A stretch of DNA of 64,000 bases from Hydrolagus colliei (taxonomy: Eukaryota): the NCBI GenBank assembly GCA_035084275.1, contig CM068762.1, forward strand, positions 6,324,001 through 6,388,000, given 5' to 3'. The notes beneath the pieces are model-generated. The model worked only from the letters and a program-made list of their open reading frames with translations. It had not been told where the DNA came from and did no database searches. Positions 1 to 12,537 of this stretch are shown in pieces. The translations under genes and the position numbers were made by a program. Within the stretch, counting starts at the first letter, position 1; every line of letters starts with the position of its first letter.

Positions 1-372
1 AGCTGGACAGTCAGTGTTTCAGACCCGAGCTGGGGTTGGGATAGTGGAGGGTGGAGGGAAGTGAGGGGAAGGGGGGTGACCGATGGCATCATCGAAGAGA
101 AGTGTCTACAGGCGGGATTTAAAGGGGGGTAAGAGAATGGACGAAGCAGAAGGATTGTGGGCTGGAATTCCAAAGGTTGGGGGCAGAGAGGCTGAAGGCT
201 CGCCTGCCGATTGTAGAGTGGGTGGGCTGGGGGACATGGAACAGGCTGCTGAGCGGAGGTAGCAGACAGGTTGGTAAGGGGTTAGGAGGTCACAGAGGTA
301 AGATGGGGCAAGGCTATGGAGGACTTTAAAGGTGAGGACCACGATCTTGAATTGAATCCTCTGAGTGATGGA
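1..372 (-). mobile_element. L2-clade LINE 3' fragment
   Basis: Minus translation RIQFKIVVLTFKVLHSLAPSYLCDLLTPYQP is typical of the L2 ORF2 C-terminus, followed by a C-rich 3' UTR. Confidence 0.85.
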
Positions 373-1026
373 CTACAACAACAACAACAAAATTACATTT
401 CTAGAGCGCCTTTCACGTATTATTAACAACAATGATAAGCAGTCTGAAACAACAGGCTGCTTAAATGCTCATGGAAAACTGTCATTTTGTTTTCTGTGGT
501 TAGTAATTTAGATCAGTAATTCAGTCACAATCAGCTTCTCGGCGACTGCTGAGTTTCTATTCAAGCAAAATTAGAACGTGCAACTCAGTGCAATTTAATA
601 GCTGTACGTTTAGCATCATAGACCTCATTTAGATTCATATATCTCTGAGGTTTGGGTCCCTTAAGTATCAAAAAGTAAGAATTATTATCATTACTATTGT
701 TATGAACAAGATAAAACTGTGAAAATAAGGCCAGTAAGTGATGGTAATATAACACTCAACCATCTGACATTACAATTGATAGGAGTCGTTAATTCTCTAG
801 TGGTTTAACGTGCACAATATGTTCAATCTGTCCCCAAATGATGGATGGAATTACATCCGTGATCCCAATGATCCAGAGCATTTCTAACACCTCTCTGAGT
901 TTTCAGGCTCTGGTCTGATGAATACCTCAATAGCTACCCCTTCAAAACCAAAGCCTTTACTGCAATGCTTTAGATTAGCCCTTTTTTCCTTTGTTCTCTA
1001 CACTGTCGGCTCCTGGTGTAACTCAC

Positions 1027-1085
1027 CTTGATGTACCGCCTGAGTTTGTACGCGTAGACCAGTAGGACATCAGAAGAGCATACAT
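1027..1085 (-). CDS. Candidate alternative first coding exon of a short NAV1 isoform (MYALLMSYWSTRTNSGGTS + 2 nt)
   Basis: ATG at 1085, 19 open codons and a consensus donor AAG|GTGAGT at 1026 in phase 2, the same phase as the exon 3 donor. TATAAAG (1299-1293) and CCAATTGG (1326-1333) lie upstream. Inference only. Confidence 0.35.
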
Positions 1086-1486
1086 TTCTGGCTTTTGGTA
1101 CAGGCATCACTAGTGCTTGCTAGTGCATATATACACATACTGTATGAACAGCACGCAGAAAGGGGCATCAACACCCATCATTTCCTGCGCATTGCATACA
1201 TAACACTAGAACCTATATCAGTGTGATCTACTGTACACAGCACCCCAGGCACAGTATTCAGGAAGTGATGTCAGTAGCAAGCTGTGCGCTCACTTTATAA
1301 ACCCAATGTACAGTTATAACGGAGTCCAATTGGGTTATTTTCTGTTTTTCAAAACAACTTTGTACTTTATGTCCACAGTTGATACCAAAACGTAATAATT
1401 ATTCAATTGGCATTAATGCCATTAGCATTAATGATATGAGTTTCTTGAAAATGAACTCAAGAGTTTCACATGGTTGATCTCAATGT

Positions 1487-1790
1487 GACGGCTTGTTTCA
1501 GTTGGTAGCACTCGTGCCTCTGAGTCAGACGGCTGTGGGACGAGCTTCACAATTGGGCCATGTGAGCTCACACTGCAGGCTAACACTGCATTGCAGTACT
1601 GGAAGGCAACTGCCTTGTCAGAGGTCCCTTCAGATAAAACATTGAACCGAGAGCTGCTCTACTTATTCAGGTGGATGTTAAAGATCCCGTGGCACAATGT
1701 CTTTTGTTCAGAGAAAGGGGTTTCCCTTATTTTCCCGGCTAGCAATATTCTAGTCAAATTGGCCGACCAACTCATGACTGTTTATAGTAC
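1487..1790 (+). mobile_element. Old Deu-domain SINE (SacSINE1/AmnSINE-like)
   Basis: tRNA-like head cagttggtagcactcgtgcctctgagtcaga followed by the Deu-like core tgcagtactg...gtcagaggt...aaccgag...tcaggtggatgttaaagatcccgtggcac. A second decayed copy follows at ~1800-2010. Confidence 0.7.
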
Positions 1791-2016
1791 GCTGTTAAGC
1801 ATCAGCGTATCTCTTTTGGTCGCGCACTCTCCGCTAAGTGAGAAGTTGATGAGTTCAAACCGCACATCCGTTTGTTCACATGGACATTAAAGGTCTCATG
1901 GCGGTATTCAAAAAGAGAATTTCTCCCAGTGCCCTGGCTGATAATCCTCCAAATAAAAATGATCATTAACTTCATGGCTGTTTAAGTGACATCGCTGTGT
2001 CGCCTTCAAATACACA

Positions 2017-2340
2017 GTGCTCCTGTAGCTCAGTGGTTAGAGCACTCGCCCTACAAGCGTGAGACTGTGTTCGAATCCAGGCAGGTCAGGGCGAAACCTT
2101 GGGCAAGTTTCCTTACTCTACACGCCTAATAATAATCCGTCCAAAACAACCAAATAATAAAAATTGGTCATTTCAATCCAAGACTGTTTGTGGGGACACT
2201 GCTGTGCACAATTAGCTGCCACGTTTTGCCCACGAATATAGTCAATTCACTTTACAGTATATTCTGTGAAGCACTTTGAGACATCGGTAAAATGTAAAAA
2301 GCGCAATATCAAATGCAAGGGTTATTATTATTATTATTTA
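2017..2340 (+). mobile_element. tRNA-derived SINE, full length (dominant family in the window)
   Basis: A box tagctcagtggttaga, B box gttcgaatcc, body ctgtttgtggg(g)acactgctgtg..., and L2-like tail ...aatatcaaatgcaagggttattatta. More than ten related copies occur in the window. Confidence 0.9.
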
Positions 2341-2592
2341 TAGTAAAATTCAGTGAAACGTTCGAGGCATTTCAACAGAATGATAGAATGCAAGATACAA
2401 CAACAACAACTTTGATTTATATAACGGCCTTCATGCCGGGCGGCGTCTCAGAGCGCTTCAGATTAGAAGATAATAAGATTATTATTATGTACAAACGACT
2501 TGCCCATAAATACACATTGATCCAACGTAACACACATTTTCTGTGAAAGGCTTGGTTACATTGGCATTAGAGGTATAAATGCAAGGGTTATT

Positions 2593-3748
2593 AGATTCAT
2601 AGATTCATAGAATTTTACGGCACAAAAGGAGGCCATTCGGCCCATCTAGTCTGTGCCGGCTCTTTGAAAAGAGCGATTCAATCCCACTACCCTGCCCGCT
2701 CCCCATAACCTAATAGACCTGTTCTCCCTAAATAAGGATCTAATTCCCTTTTAAAAGTTGTTATCGAATCAGCCTCCACCACCTTTTCAGGCAATGCATT
2801 CCAGATTCGAACAACTCGCTGAGTGAAAATAATTCTCCTCAGCTCCCCTCTACTTCGCTTTGAAACTATTTTAAATCTGTGACCACGAGTCACAGATTCG
2901 CCCACGGGTGGAAATAGTTTTTCTCTATTTGCCCTGTCGAAACCCCTCATGATCTTATAAACCTCTATTAGGTCTCCCCTCAATCTTCTCTGCTCCAGAG
3001 AGAATAACCCTAGCCTATCTAGCCTCTCCTCATAGCTGAAGTCCCTCAATCCTGGCACCATCCTAGTAAATCTTCTTTGTACCCTTTCCAATGCCTTCAC
3101 ATCCTTTCTGTAGTGTGGTGACCAGAATTGAACACAGTATTCCAGCTGAGGCCTCACCAAAGTCTTATAGAGGTTAGTCAGCACTTCCTGACTTTTGTAC
3201 TCTATACCCCTATTTATAAAGCCTAGTATCCCATATGCCTTCTTAACAGCCTTGTCTACCTGTCCTGCCACCTTCAACGAGTCACTAACACAAATCCCCA
3301 GGTCTCTCTGTTCCTTCACACCATTTAAAATTGTACTATCTAGCCTATATTGCCTCCCTTCATTTCTTCTCCCAAAATGCATCACCTCACACTTCTCTGC
3401 ATTAAACTTTATCTGCCATGTGTGCCTACTTTACCAATTTGTCTATATCCTCTTGCAGATGGCTACTATCCTCCTCACTATTTACTATTCTCCCTAACTT
3501 AGTGTCATCTGCAAACTTGGAAACTGTACTCCGTACACCCAAGTCCAGATCATTGATGTAGATTACAAACAGCAATGGTCCCAAAACTGATCCCTGTGGC
3601 ACACCACTGTTCACTTCCCTCCAGTCTGAAAAACAGCCGCTCACTACAACTCTCTGCTTTCTGTCTCGCAGCCAGTTGTGGATCCACGCTGCCACTGTCC
3701 CTTTTACGCCATGGACCTTTAATTTCCTAATAAGTCTCTCATGTGACA
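2593..3748 (-). mobile_element. CR1 LINE, 5'-truncated (~1.15 kb), RT C-terminus with a nonsense codon and a frameshift near 3420-3428
   Basis: ORFs with SGVPQGSVLGPLLF, KFADDTKL, YKTLVRPQLEYCVQFWSP and LEQRRLRGDLIEVYKI. The 3' end carries CR1-type (GAATCTAT)n octamers. TGG>TAG at 3428-3426 and a 2-nt deletion just after it. Confidence 0.95.
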
Positions 3749-4279
3749 TTATGTGACAGAATTTCACACCATTGTTTTGGAGATGTTGTGCATTGCAGTT
3801 TGACGTGTCACCATCCTTCATATGACTATCAGATGATCAGTTTGCACAAAGGGACTATACTCTTAACAGTGTGTTATTTTTAAAGCAGCAAATAGTCCCA
3901 CCACTTTTATAGGCCTGAGGAACATTTTGCCCTGAACAAAGAACTACTATATCTAGGATAACAGCATTCTGTGCTCAATGACATGCAGCACATACTTTTC
4001 TTCTACACAAATGATTGTCCATCTCTGCTTTACATTATAGAGAACTCGTGTCTGTCAGGATTCCCAGTTCATTGAATGATAAATCCATACAAAGGCTCAG
4101 TAAGATTAGCAAATTCTATTCAAAAATGTACAATACAAATGGATTATTGGCATTGACACAGCAACCGCTGGCTGCAGTATAAATAAGTATAAATGTGCTG
4201 GAACATTTTGCCAATCCATTCATTGTTAACTAAGTTGTCTCAACAATAGGGCTTCATAGTCCACCTCAGTGCTCTAGCA

Positions 4280-4780
4280 TTCTTTTGGTTTCTCAAGAAC
4301 ATTGCCACTATCTCATTCTCTATGCAGCTGAAAACCTTATTCATGCCTTTGTTACCTCAAGGTTAGACTTATCCTCACTGGTGGCCCTCGCTCAATATGC
4401 TACTAATTCCACCTCACACAAAATTAAGTTGCCATTCTTCTCTTTGGCTCCAATGGCTCCCAGTAACCCAGCACTTGACTTTCTGTGACCTTGAAATGCT
4501 TTCATTGTCTCACCCCCTCCCCAATGATATATCTCCTCCATTCCTACCTGCCCCCCACCCCACTCAGACCTTCTGCTTTTATCCACTACTCATTTCTCCA
4601 ATTTGCCATAGATTATTCACCTCTATGCCCCCCATTCTCTGCACTTTCTCCCTGAATCCTTTGTCCTGCTCCTCCTCCACCTCTGCCTTAAAACCTCCCC
4701 TGAAAAACCTCTGTCTATGACCTCACGTTTTGGGAACCATCCTTAAATTCTCTTTCCTCACCTCCCTGCTCCCTAGAGCC
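4280..4780 (+). mobile_element. Degenerate L2 LINE fragment
   Basis: AAENLIHAFVTSRLD motif followed by a decayed WLPV/FKL region and a C-rich 3' part. Confidence 0.75.
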
Positions 4781-5599
4781 TCATAAGCAAGCAAAGAGCA
4801 AACTATTGTTATAGGCCACCTCTAATCCTATAAAACACTAACCCAACAATGATACATATTTTATATATACAGCATATATTTATACGAATGCTGCTGAGTC
4901 TGGCTTAATTGGTAGAAGTCAGTTCAAACCCCACATTGTTGGCGAGCCCGTAACCAGGGTAACATTTATAAGATGTGACAAGGGAAACTAAAGGGGAATT
5001 TACGATGGTAGCTGAAACAGATATTTTAGATGCATATCTTAGAAGAGAGAAAGAGATGGTTTCCACGAGAAAAATGGATTCCCGATATTTTCTGCCTCGT
5101 CAGTTGCAGCATTCGGGGTTTTTGATGTTACAAAATACCAAGGAAAGCAAAACATAAATAGCATTACAACAATGTTGAAACTGAAGACGCACTTTCCTTC
5201 TGCAAACTCCTCCAGCTACCTGCTTCCTTGTTGTCACACACATTATGAATGCCGAGGATCTTTCGATATTTGAAAACATAAGGAAGTGAGAGCAAGTTTA
5301 ACCAATTTACTTCACGACACTCAAATGGTGAGAAAAGGCTTGGTGCTGCCTTGTAAACGCAGCAACTGAAACAATGTAATGATCGGGCGCCACATAAATG
5401 GGCTGAAAGCGACAATACAATTAGCAGAGAGGAGAATTACGGTGGCACATTTAAGGCTGACATTTTAAGTGCACTTTTCTTTTACATGGGTGAGCGGACA
5501 ATCTTCAATGTTTTTTTGGCATTTTTGCTTCTTGCTTGTAGCTTTAGCAGATCTTTAGCAGAACAATCTCTTTTCAAATGTGCACATAATGTCTCAACG

Positions 5600-5850
5600 T
5601 TCCACCAACTCATTGCCCCCACCCTCCGGAACTCCATCCCACAGTCACTTTGCCTTGCCCCCTCCCTTGCCTTCTTCGAGGCACGTTTCAAGACCCTCTT
5701 CGACTGAGCCTTCTGTCACCCTCCTAACCCTACCAACCCTGCCTTCCACCGCTCCCTCATCCCAACTCTCCGCTCAAGTCCAAATCATTGACTATCCTTG
5801 GAACATCCTCTCGATGTGAAAGGGTTTTTACAAATCTAATTTGTTGTTGA
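5600..5850 (+). mobile_element. L2 LINE 3' end
   Basis: gccccc accctccggaactccatccc...ttcaagaccctcttcgac, C-rich UTR, and tail ...gtgaaagggttttacaaatctaatttgttgttg. Confidence 0.7.
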
Positions 5851-6649
5851 TCCACAATTCCCTATCCCATTTTATCTATTCCATGTAGCGATATGAGATG
5901 CTTCAACTGCATGATCAGGCTCTATATCAAATGCAAGGTTTATTATTCTTACTTTTAAGGCTAAGAATGGATAGAATTAGTGGTTTTGAATGTTTATGTT
6001 ACTGTTAACGGATCATTATTTCACACTGGGTTTTCAGTTTATTGTTAATTGAATGTTAATCTTTTTGTTTTGCTTTAACTTTTAATCTCGACAATGCTGA
6101 AATATAGCCTTTGGGGGATGCCAACACAGGCTCAAGAGCACTGGTCACATCCACTGTGACTATAATTACCTTAAACCAGTGAAATAAACAAGGCATCCCT
6201 GAAGCAACATTAATGTTGGGAATCAAATCCATCATCAAAGGTAGTATATTTATTTTGTACAGTTCAGCTCCTACTGCAAGCCAAATCCCCAATGGGCAGG
6301 GTGGTCCTTGCTGGACAAGCTGCAGGAAACTTACCAGACAATGAATGCTTCCACAATGAAGGATTAACAGTTATACTCTCGGGTCCCCAAGGCTTGGCTC
6401 TGACCAACTTGTGGCTAATTGTCTCCAGAGTAACATAAAGCAGGGTGTGTCCTTCCGTGGAGAGAGTGCGCGTGGACATTTGCAAGTTTAGCAGTGAGGC
6501 TTAGACAAACTCTGTCTGGTTTGGATACTCTTAAACATGGCAATATATTTCCACATATGGCAAAAACAGCAAAATTGTGTTCTAAGAATCAAACTCCTCC
6601 AACTAATTAGGTACAAATCTAGAGGCATTCCCATTTTTTGTTAAGTTTT

Positions 6650-7050
6650 ATTCCTACATCTCTCCTGAAGGTGGAAGACTTGCTCGAGTATGGCCGCAGA
6701 GAGCCAGTGGGTCTCTGGTACTTCAATTAAGTGCACATTGCTCCTAAGGTAAGCCTCGTCAGTGAGAGATGGCAGATTATTCGACTGTGGGGGACATCAC
6801 AGCATATACCTTAGTCCTGACTTGCCATCCACACGTTTTTTCACTGTAGCAATGGTCCACTGGATATCAATCAGACGTGGGACGTAATGACCAACACCCT
6901 CTGATCCCTCCCCACCCACCCCCTCCCCCTCCCCACCACCAAGCCAGTCCCAGCCTAGGGGCAATGCTGGGTCAATCAATTGCTCCACTGGCTGAAATAA
7001 ACCTAAATTGGGAACAATTCCCCCGAGGTTCTCTGAATTACTTCGGCGTT
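6650..7050 (+). repeat. Old interspersed repeat of unknown family; related copy at ~41860-42100
   Basis: Shared segments tattcgactgtgggggacatcacagc / tattcaaccgtgaggggaaacgcagc and agcaatggtccactggatatcaatcag / agcagggatcatttgatagcaattag. Confidence 0.5.
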
Positions 7051-7959
7051 AGGCCATCTATAAACCCTACCTCTCCCTTCGAATTTGTGACTGTTCTTTT
7101 GGACTTAGATAAAATGATAGGCAGACGGCAGAACGAGGGGACACAGGTTTCGAGTTGCAAAAGCCAATTTCACAAAAAATAAATATTTCTCTACCCGGAG
7201 GGTAGTTAACAAATGGAATAGGAATAGGATGCCAGGAAAGGCAGTTGTGGCCAGGACACTGGACTGATTTAGAAAAAACAGTCTGTTGGGAGGACGGTAG
7301 GGTGGGTGTTCTCCAAGGATGAGATCACATGAGCCAAGGGACTAATCTTGGGTTACAAAAAAAAAACCAGAACATTCATATCAACATAATCTTAGGAATA
7401 GAGCTGTAATACTAGCTTTCAGATTTAGTGATCCCAATCCAGCCAAACAAAAGATGAACATCTAAATGGTTGGCCAGCAGAGGTCCTTCCTATTTTTTTA
7501 AACAAAAAGTATCAATTTTCATTTGCTGTAGAACCGTCAAATTAATAGTTCAAATAAAACTTGCAGGTGATCGCTTGCAGGAACTCCTATAAATGGCTCC
7601 AAATCATTCTGTTTCCTTGTGAAAATCACTGATACAATGTCATCAGAAATAAATTTGTTTCAAATTTCCTGAACTGAAGCGAGGTGCTAAAGTCACATAA
7701 CTCTCTGTGGCGAGCAGTTTGTGAGCTAATGGAAAGCACTGACCATGCATAATTCCTATATAATTTAAACCACACTTTTGGCTGATGAATTCATATTTTG
7801 ATTAAAATATAAAAACACGCTTATACACTTGAGAGTGTTATGTTTCACAGTGTATGAGGCAACAGTTAATGTAATTGGGTCTTGCGTTCCATAAACTATG
7901 GCAGGAAATTAGACATAGTAAGACTATTGAATAAATAATTCTGGCGCTTAATGGAACTC

Positions 7960-8250
7960 CTGTTACGTCAGTCGAGGGACCTCTCAAAGTGCTTCACAAG
8001 ATTTTATTCAAAAGTGCCGTGGCTTTGTATTTTGTAGGCGAACGCAACAGCTAATTTGGGCACGCAGCGCCCCACAAACACCACAAAGTGAACGACTAAT
8101 ATTGTCTGGGGGTTTGGCAGCCAGGAAGAAATTTTCTTCTATTTTAAAATAATGCCCTGACCATTGAATGGAACCTTGATTTAGTGCCTCGCACAAAGGA
8201 CGGCACCTTCAACAGCACTACATTGGAATTTAGCCTAACCTGAGTTCAAA
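7960..8250 (-). mobile_element. Old Deu-domain SINE
   Basis: Reverse complement shows aggtgccgtcctttg...aaatcaaggttcc...tgtttgtggggcgctgcgtgcccaaattagctgttgcgtt...tgtgaagcactttgaga. Confidence 0.6.
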
Positions 8251-8720
8251 TTCCAAAGATTTTAGGATGATACAAATCCTACAGATTTAGGATGCAAAAG
8301 ATCTGGCTTGTGCAGAGTGTTGGAAGCAAACTTTTTGGTTAAAGTGTTACTCATGCTATTGCAATATATTAATGAATATGAATTGAAATAAAGTTGTACT
8401 GGTGATGCAAGAATTGTAGCGTTGATACTTTCTACAGTTTCCTTGTCCTGGATTAAAATTGCAGGATCAAAAAAAATTACAAAAGAAATAATTTTCAGTA
8501 CGTGGTACCAGTTTGCCTCTTTATTGAACTGACTGTGACCTTGATTCAAGTAACTTGATGTTTTTATGTGACTTTACTTTGAGTAACTGAACTTTAAACA
8601 GATTGCTCAAGAGAAAGTTTTTGGGGGGTTACTTTCACCAAAACTACTGTGTGAAAATCGTGAAGAGATGATCGTGGGACACAGTTGAATGTATCGGTTC
8701 TCCTTTGATCTAAATTATAA

Positions 8721-9373
8721 TGATAATAATAATCCTTGCATTTGATATAGAGCTTCACAAAATACAGTAAACGCCCGTTTATCCGAGATTCGATCAACCG
8801 GATTGCTCGACCCCCCTCCCGGGGCAATTCCCCATTTCAGCAATTCGCAAGTATGCTAACTTTCCACATGCGCGCAATGCATGCGCACATATTAAACTTA
8901 AATGCTTTTTTACCAATCTTTTTACCGAGTGTGCTGGAATCTTTATTGGTAAGTATCCATACAATATTCTGTTACTATTTAGTATATTATTAATATGGTA
9001 CGTTTTAAAATAAATTAATTTTTTGTGTTGGGTTTTCGGCAACTTGCCGCCCGATTATCCAGCACAGTCAATTAGTTGACTCCGCAGAGCGTGCCAGATA
9101 AACAGGCTTTTACTGTATACTGTAAAGTGAACTGACTATACTTGTGGACGAAACACAGCATCCAATTTTGCACAGCAGTGTCCCACAAACAGTTTATTTA
9201 CCAATTTATTACCATCATTAATCAATTTATTAAATTATAATTTTTTTTTCTTGAGGGATTATTATCAGGAGTGTGGAGTAAGGAAAGTTGAACAACGTTT
9301 TGCCCTGCCGAGAATCGAACCCTGGTCTCTCGCTTGCGAGGCAAGTGCTCTACCCACTGAGCTACAGGACTCC
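8721..9373 (-). mobile_element. tRNA-derived SINE split by a MITE insertion
   Basis: Tail at ~8721-8764, body and tRNA head at 9116-9373. Removing 8765-9117 restores cacaaaatatactgtaaagtg, matching the family consensus. Confidence 0.88.
8765..9115. mobile_element. Tc1/mariner-pogo (Tigger-like) MITE, 351 bp
   Basis: TIRs CAGTAAACGCCCGTTTATCC / CAGTAAAAGCCTGTTTATCT (reverse complement of the right end). TA target duplication at 8763-8764 and 9116-9117. Confidence 0.9.
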
Positions 9374-11019
9374 AAAATTTATTCAGACAGAAGAGGAAGC
9401 ACATTCTCAATTCTTTAAGAATTCTCCTTAACAGCGCACTAGGAATCTTACTTCCTTTAAGCTAATCGAACTTCCTGTGTGTAAATGACACTTTCTGCGC
9501 ACAGTTGCAGTTGCAGGAAGTGACATTAATAGCACTCGTGCTAGAAACTGTAGCAAAAATCGAACAGCCCAGACGTTGGCCTTTTCAATGTGGAAAGCTG
9601 GCTGGAAAACCAGCCTAGGCTATAAGTGAGGCCCCATTCTCTAAAATGACAGCAAAACAACAACAAAATTACATTCATAGAGCGCCTTTCACGTCGGGAG
9701 GCCGTCCCAAGGCGCTGGTGCTGCAATGGGGCTCCCCTGAGTTTTATTTATTTGTCAACCAGCAAGTTGAATTTTTCATGGTCATCAGAAAAAGAGCTTT
9801 GAATTATCTCTAATGACCCATGATACCATCTATCTGTTGCAATCCAGGCAGAGGTTATATAGATGAAGCAAAAGCTGCAAAAGCAACTTCATGGTAACGA
9901 CAGACAAAAGTGCCTTTTGGTCACTGTCCGCCAAAAAGTAATTGCCTTTGAGTTTCTTCCATGTCATTGATTGCTCCCACGCTGTGTAATTGCACAGTTA
10001 ACTGTGACAGAGATGTCACTAAACTTACAAATAAGAAATACAAATAATGCTTTTGAACCCAGCTGCTGCAACAAATGCAGCACATAAATGGTTAGCAGGA
10101 GCCAAGGTAACACACTCTGGATTTCGTCTCTGAATACAAATGCAGCTGGCCGGGAAAAGAAAAAGTCCATTGGAAAATGTGTGAATTATAGATTCCAATA
10201 AAACGACATCTCTGCTGTGAAAATACAGATGCAATCACGGAAATAGCCACAAAGAAAAGAATAGTTGGTCTTAATTGGACCATTGATTCCCTCCTGCTGG
10301 GACCTGTTCAATCTTACTTTGTGGACTTGCACAAGGCTCAGGCCCGAAAAACTACATTGCGCCACTCCTCCTCGCAACTGCACTGCTTCCAGTTCAAAGC
10401 CTTCAGACTGTCTGGAAACATTAAATTGACTGTTTCCCCCACACCACCATCCATTAATGGGCAAGTATTCAAGTTCAACTGGTGGAGGCAACCATTAAAA
10501 TAGTAAACATCCAATTTTGGCATTTTGCAGGCGAGAGAAAGCCTGACGGCGTTTGTTTCTCCCCCGCAACTTCCAATTCAAAGTAGCGTAGATAGATTGG
10601 TCAATATGAATGTGCTTTACAAAAGTGTTAGAATCAGCCGAAAAATCCTGCATAATCTGCCACAACACGCCATGCTCAATCCAGTTGAACGAATAGTGCA
10701 AACGATAAGCAACCTTTCAATCTTCCTGCCAATGCACACATGCACACAGGCCCAATCTACCTTGACCTCTTCCGCTGAGAATTCCTACTGGAATTCAGTC
10801 ATGGTTATCTAGCAAGGAACAGATAATGCGGACAGTTTAATGCAATTCTGGTGCTTATGACTAGGCAAAAGTAAGAGGAAGCATTCGGATTTTCTAGGCC
10901 ATTTTAAGCAGGCTGAATTTGAAAAGCACAGTGTTTGCAGGACTGAACTATTTTGCAAAGTTTCTGAACCAAATAGTGAGCAAATTGTTAAAAGAAAGGA
11001 AAGCAAATTTCAAACATTA

Positions 11020-11270
11020 ATAATAAATTACATTTTTGTACAGCGCCCTTCACATCGAGAGGTCTTCTCAAGGTGCTGGTCAGTCAGGGTTGCCAGAGCT
11101 GGCAGTTGGGATCAGGATGGGTGGAGGAGTAGGAGGCTGACCGAAGGCACAGTCGAAGAGGAGATTCTTCAGACAGGTGTTGAAGGTAGCAAGGAAGGGC
11201 GCGGGGCGGTGGGACTGTGGGATAGATGGGGTAGAGGGTGGGGAAGAGAAGCTGAAGACATGCCAACTTC
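11020..11270 (-). mobile_element. L2 LINE 3' end
   Basis: Tail catttttgtacagcgcccttcacatcg...caaggtgctgg followed by G-rich antisense UTR/ORF2 sequence (gtcgaagaggagattcttcagacagg). Confidence 0.7.
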
Positions 11271-11571
11271 AAATAACTCGGGGTACAATACAATAATATG
11301 CAATAATTACACAGTTGTGGTTGCACTCATAACTGGCAGACATCCATACAAATGATAGTTTTTAAAGCAAAGTTCCACTTAATGAAAAGCTGAACAGCCA
11401 CATGCAGAGGGCAGCAAAGGAAGCTGCTACATGTGATCTATCAGCAAAGCAAACCACAGAATCACAGATGGTTACAGACACCAGGAAGTTTCTCTTTATC
11501 CAGAGGTTAATTAACGATAAACCAGTTGGTAAATAAATAAAACAGCTTCACGCTATGATGGCAAGATGGGT

Positions 11572-11949
11572 AATAGTAATACATTTTTGCATCTGATGTT
11601 ACATTTTATCACACCGTTGAGATGTCTCATAGCTCTTCACAGAATATACTGTAAAGAGAGTTGTCCGTATATACCTTGTGGGCAAAACGCAGTAGCCAAT
11701 TGCGCACAACAGTGTCCAGCAAACGGTTGCCGATTGAGTGACCAAATTGTGTTCATTTTATTTTGGAGGGATTATTTCCCCTGCAAAGCAATCCCGCCAA
11801 TCGACGAACAATCGGGTTCTTACTTATTGCTAGGTAAAAAGGAGTGTGGAGTAAAGAATCTTGCCTATGGTTTCACCCCACCTGGGAAATGAACCTGGTT
11901 CCTCTTGCTTGTGAGGCGAGTGCTCTAACCAATATGCTACACGACTCCG
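11572..11949 (-). mobile_element. tRNA-derived SINE, older long subfamily with an extra central segment
   Basis: Head, body and tail of the dominant family plus a ~65-bp segment at ~11775-11840 that is absent from younger copies. Confidence 0.8.
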
Positions 11950-12537
11950 CAAAAATAATCCCTGGAAGGATCAGATGGAATAGATCTTCTTCGTCTCAAC
12001 TGATCTAATGATCCTAAGGCTCGTTGACCGTGCCGATGGTCACCCTCCTACCCTCATCGCCCTCCAAACCTCCTTATCTCAACCACCCTCTTGGGTGCGA
12101 ATCCTGATTATCCAGCGCCTTGTGATGCTGTGAAAGGCGAGAAAAAAACACAATTGCTGTACTGATACGGGGTTGAACACAAGTGTTGCTGAATCATCTC
12201 AAGGCAGCAGCCCTGAAGCAAAATCCTCTAGGCCACCACCACTGAGGCCAGATTTATGCTGCGCTGTTTGCAGTAAATCGCCACAAATGCTTGGTGTAAA
12301 CAGAACATGAATTAGCAACGAAGGTTTAATCGACTTGTGTTGACAGCACTAAGCACCACTCTTCTCCTCTGGATTCCTGGCTCGGTGTCTGGAGCTTTGG
12401 AGAACAACAGCGATTGATGTTATTGGTGGAGCAATTCCATGTAATGTTTCTTGCTTGGGATGGACGAGAGGGAAGGAAGATAAATATATCTCCTTTTAAA
12501 GTGAGGTCGCCTGGTTATACTGTAGTCTAATGTGTAA

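Noticed and set aside
2687-3821. Functional reverse transcriptase gene
   Set aside because: A 5'-truncated CR1 copy with a stop codon and frameshift; non-autonomous.
10029-10090. Minus-strand GTAAGT donor preceded by MCCICCSSW... in unique sequence
   Set aside because: The ATG frame is phase 0 and the phase-2 frame has no ATG. The exonic context (TTT|GT) is weak. It may be a non-coding element, but this cannot be supported.
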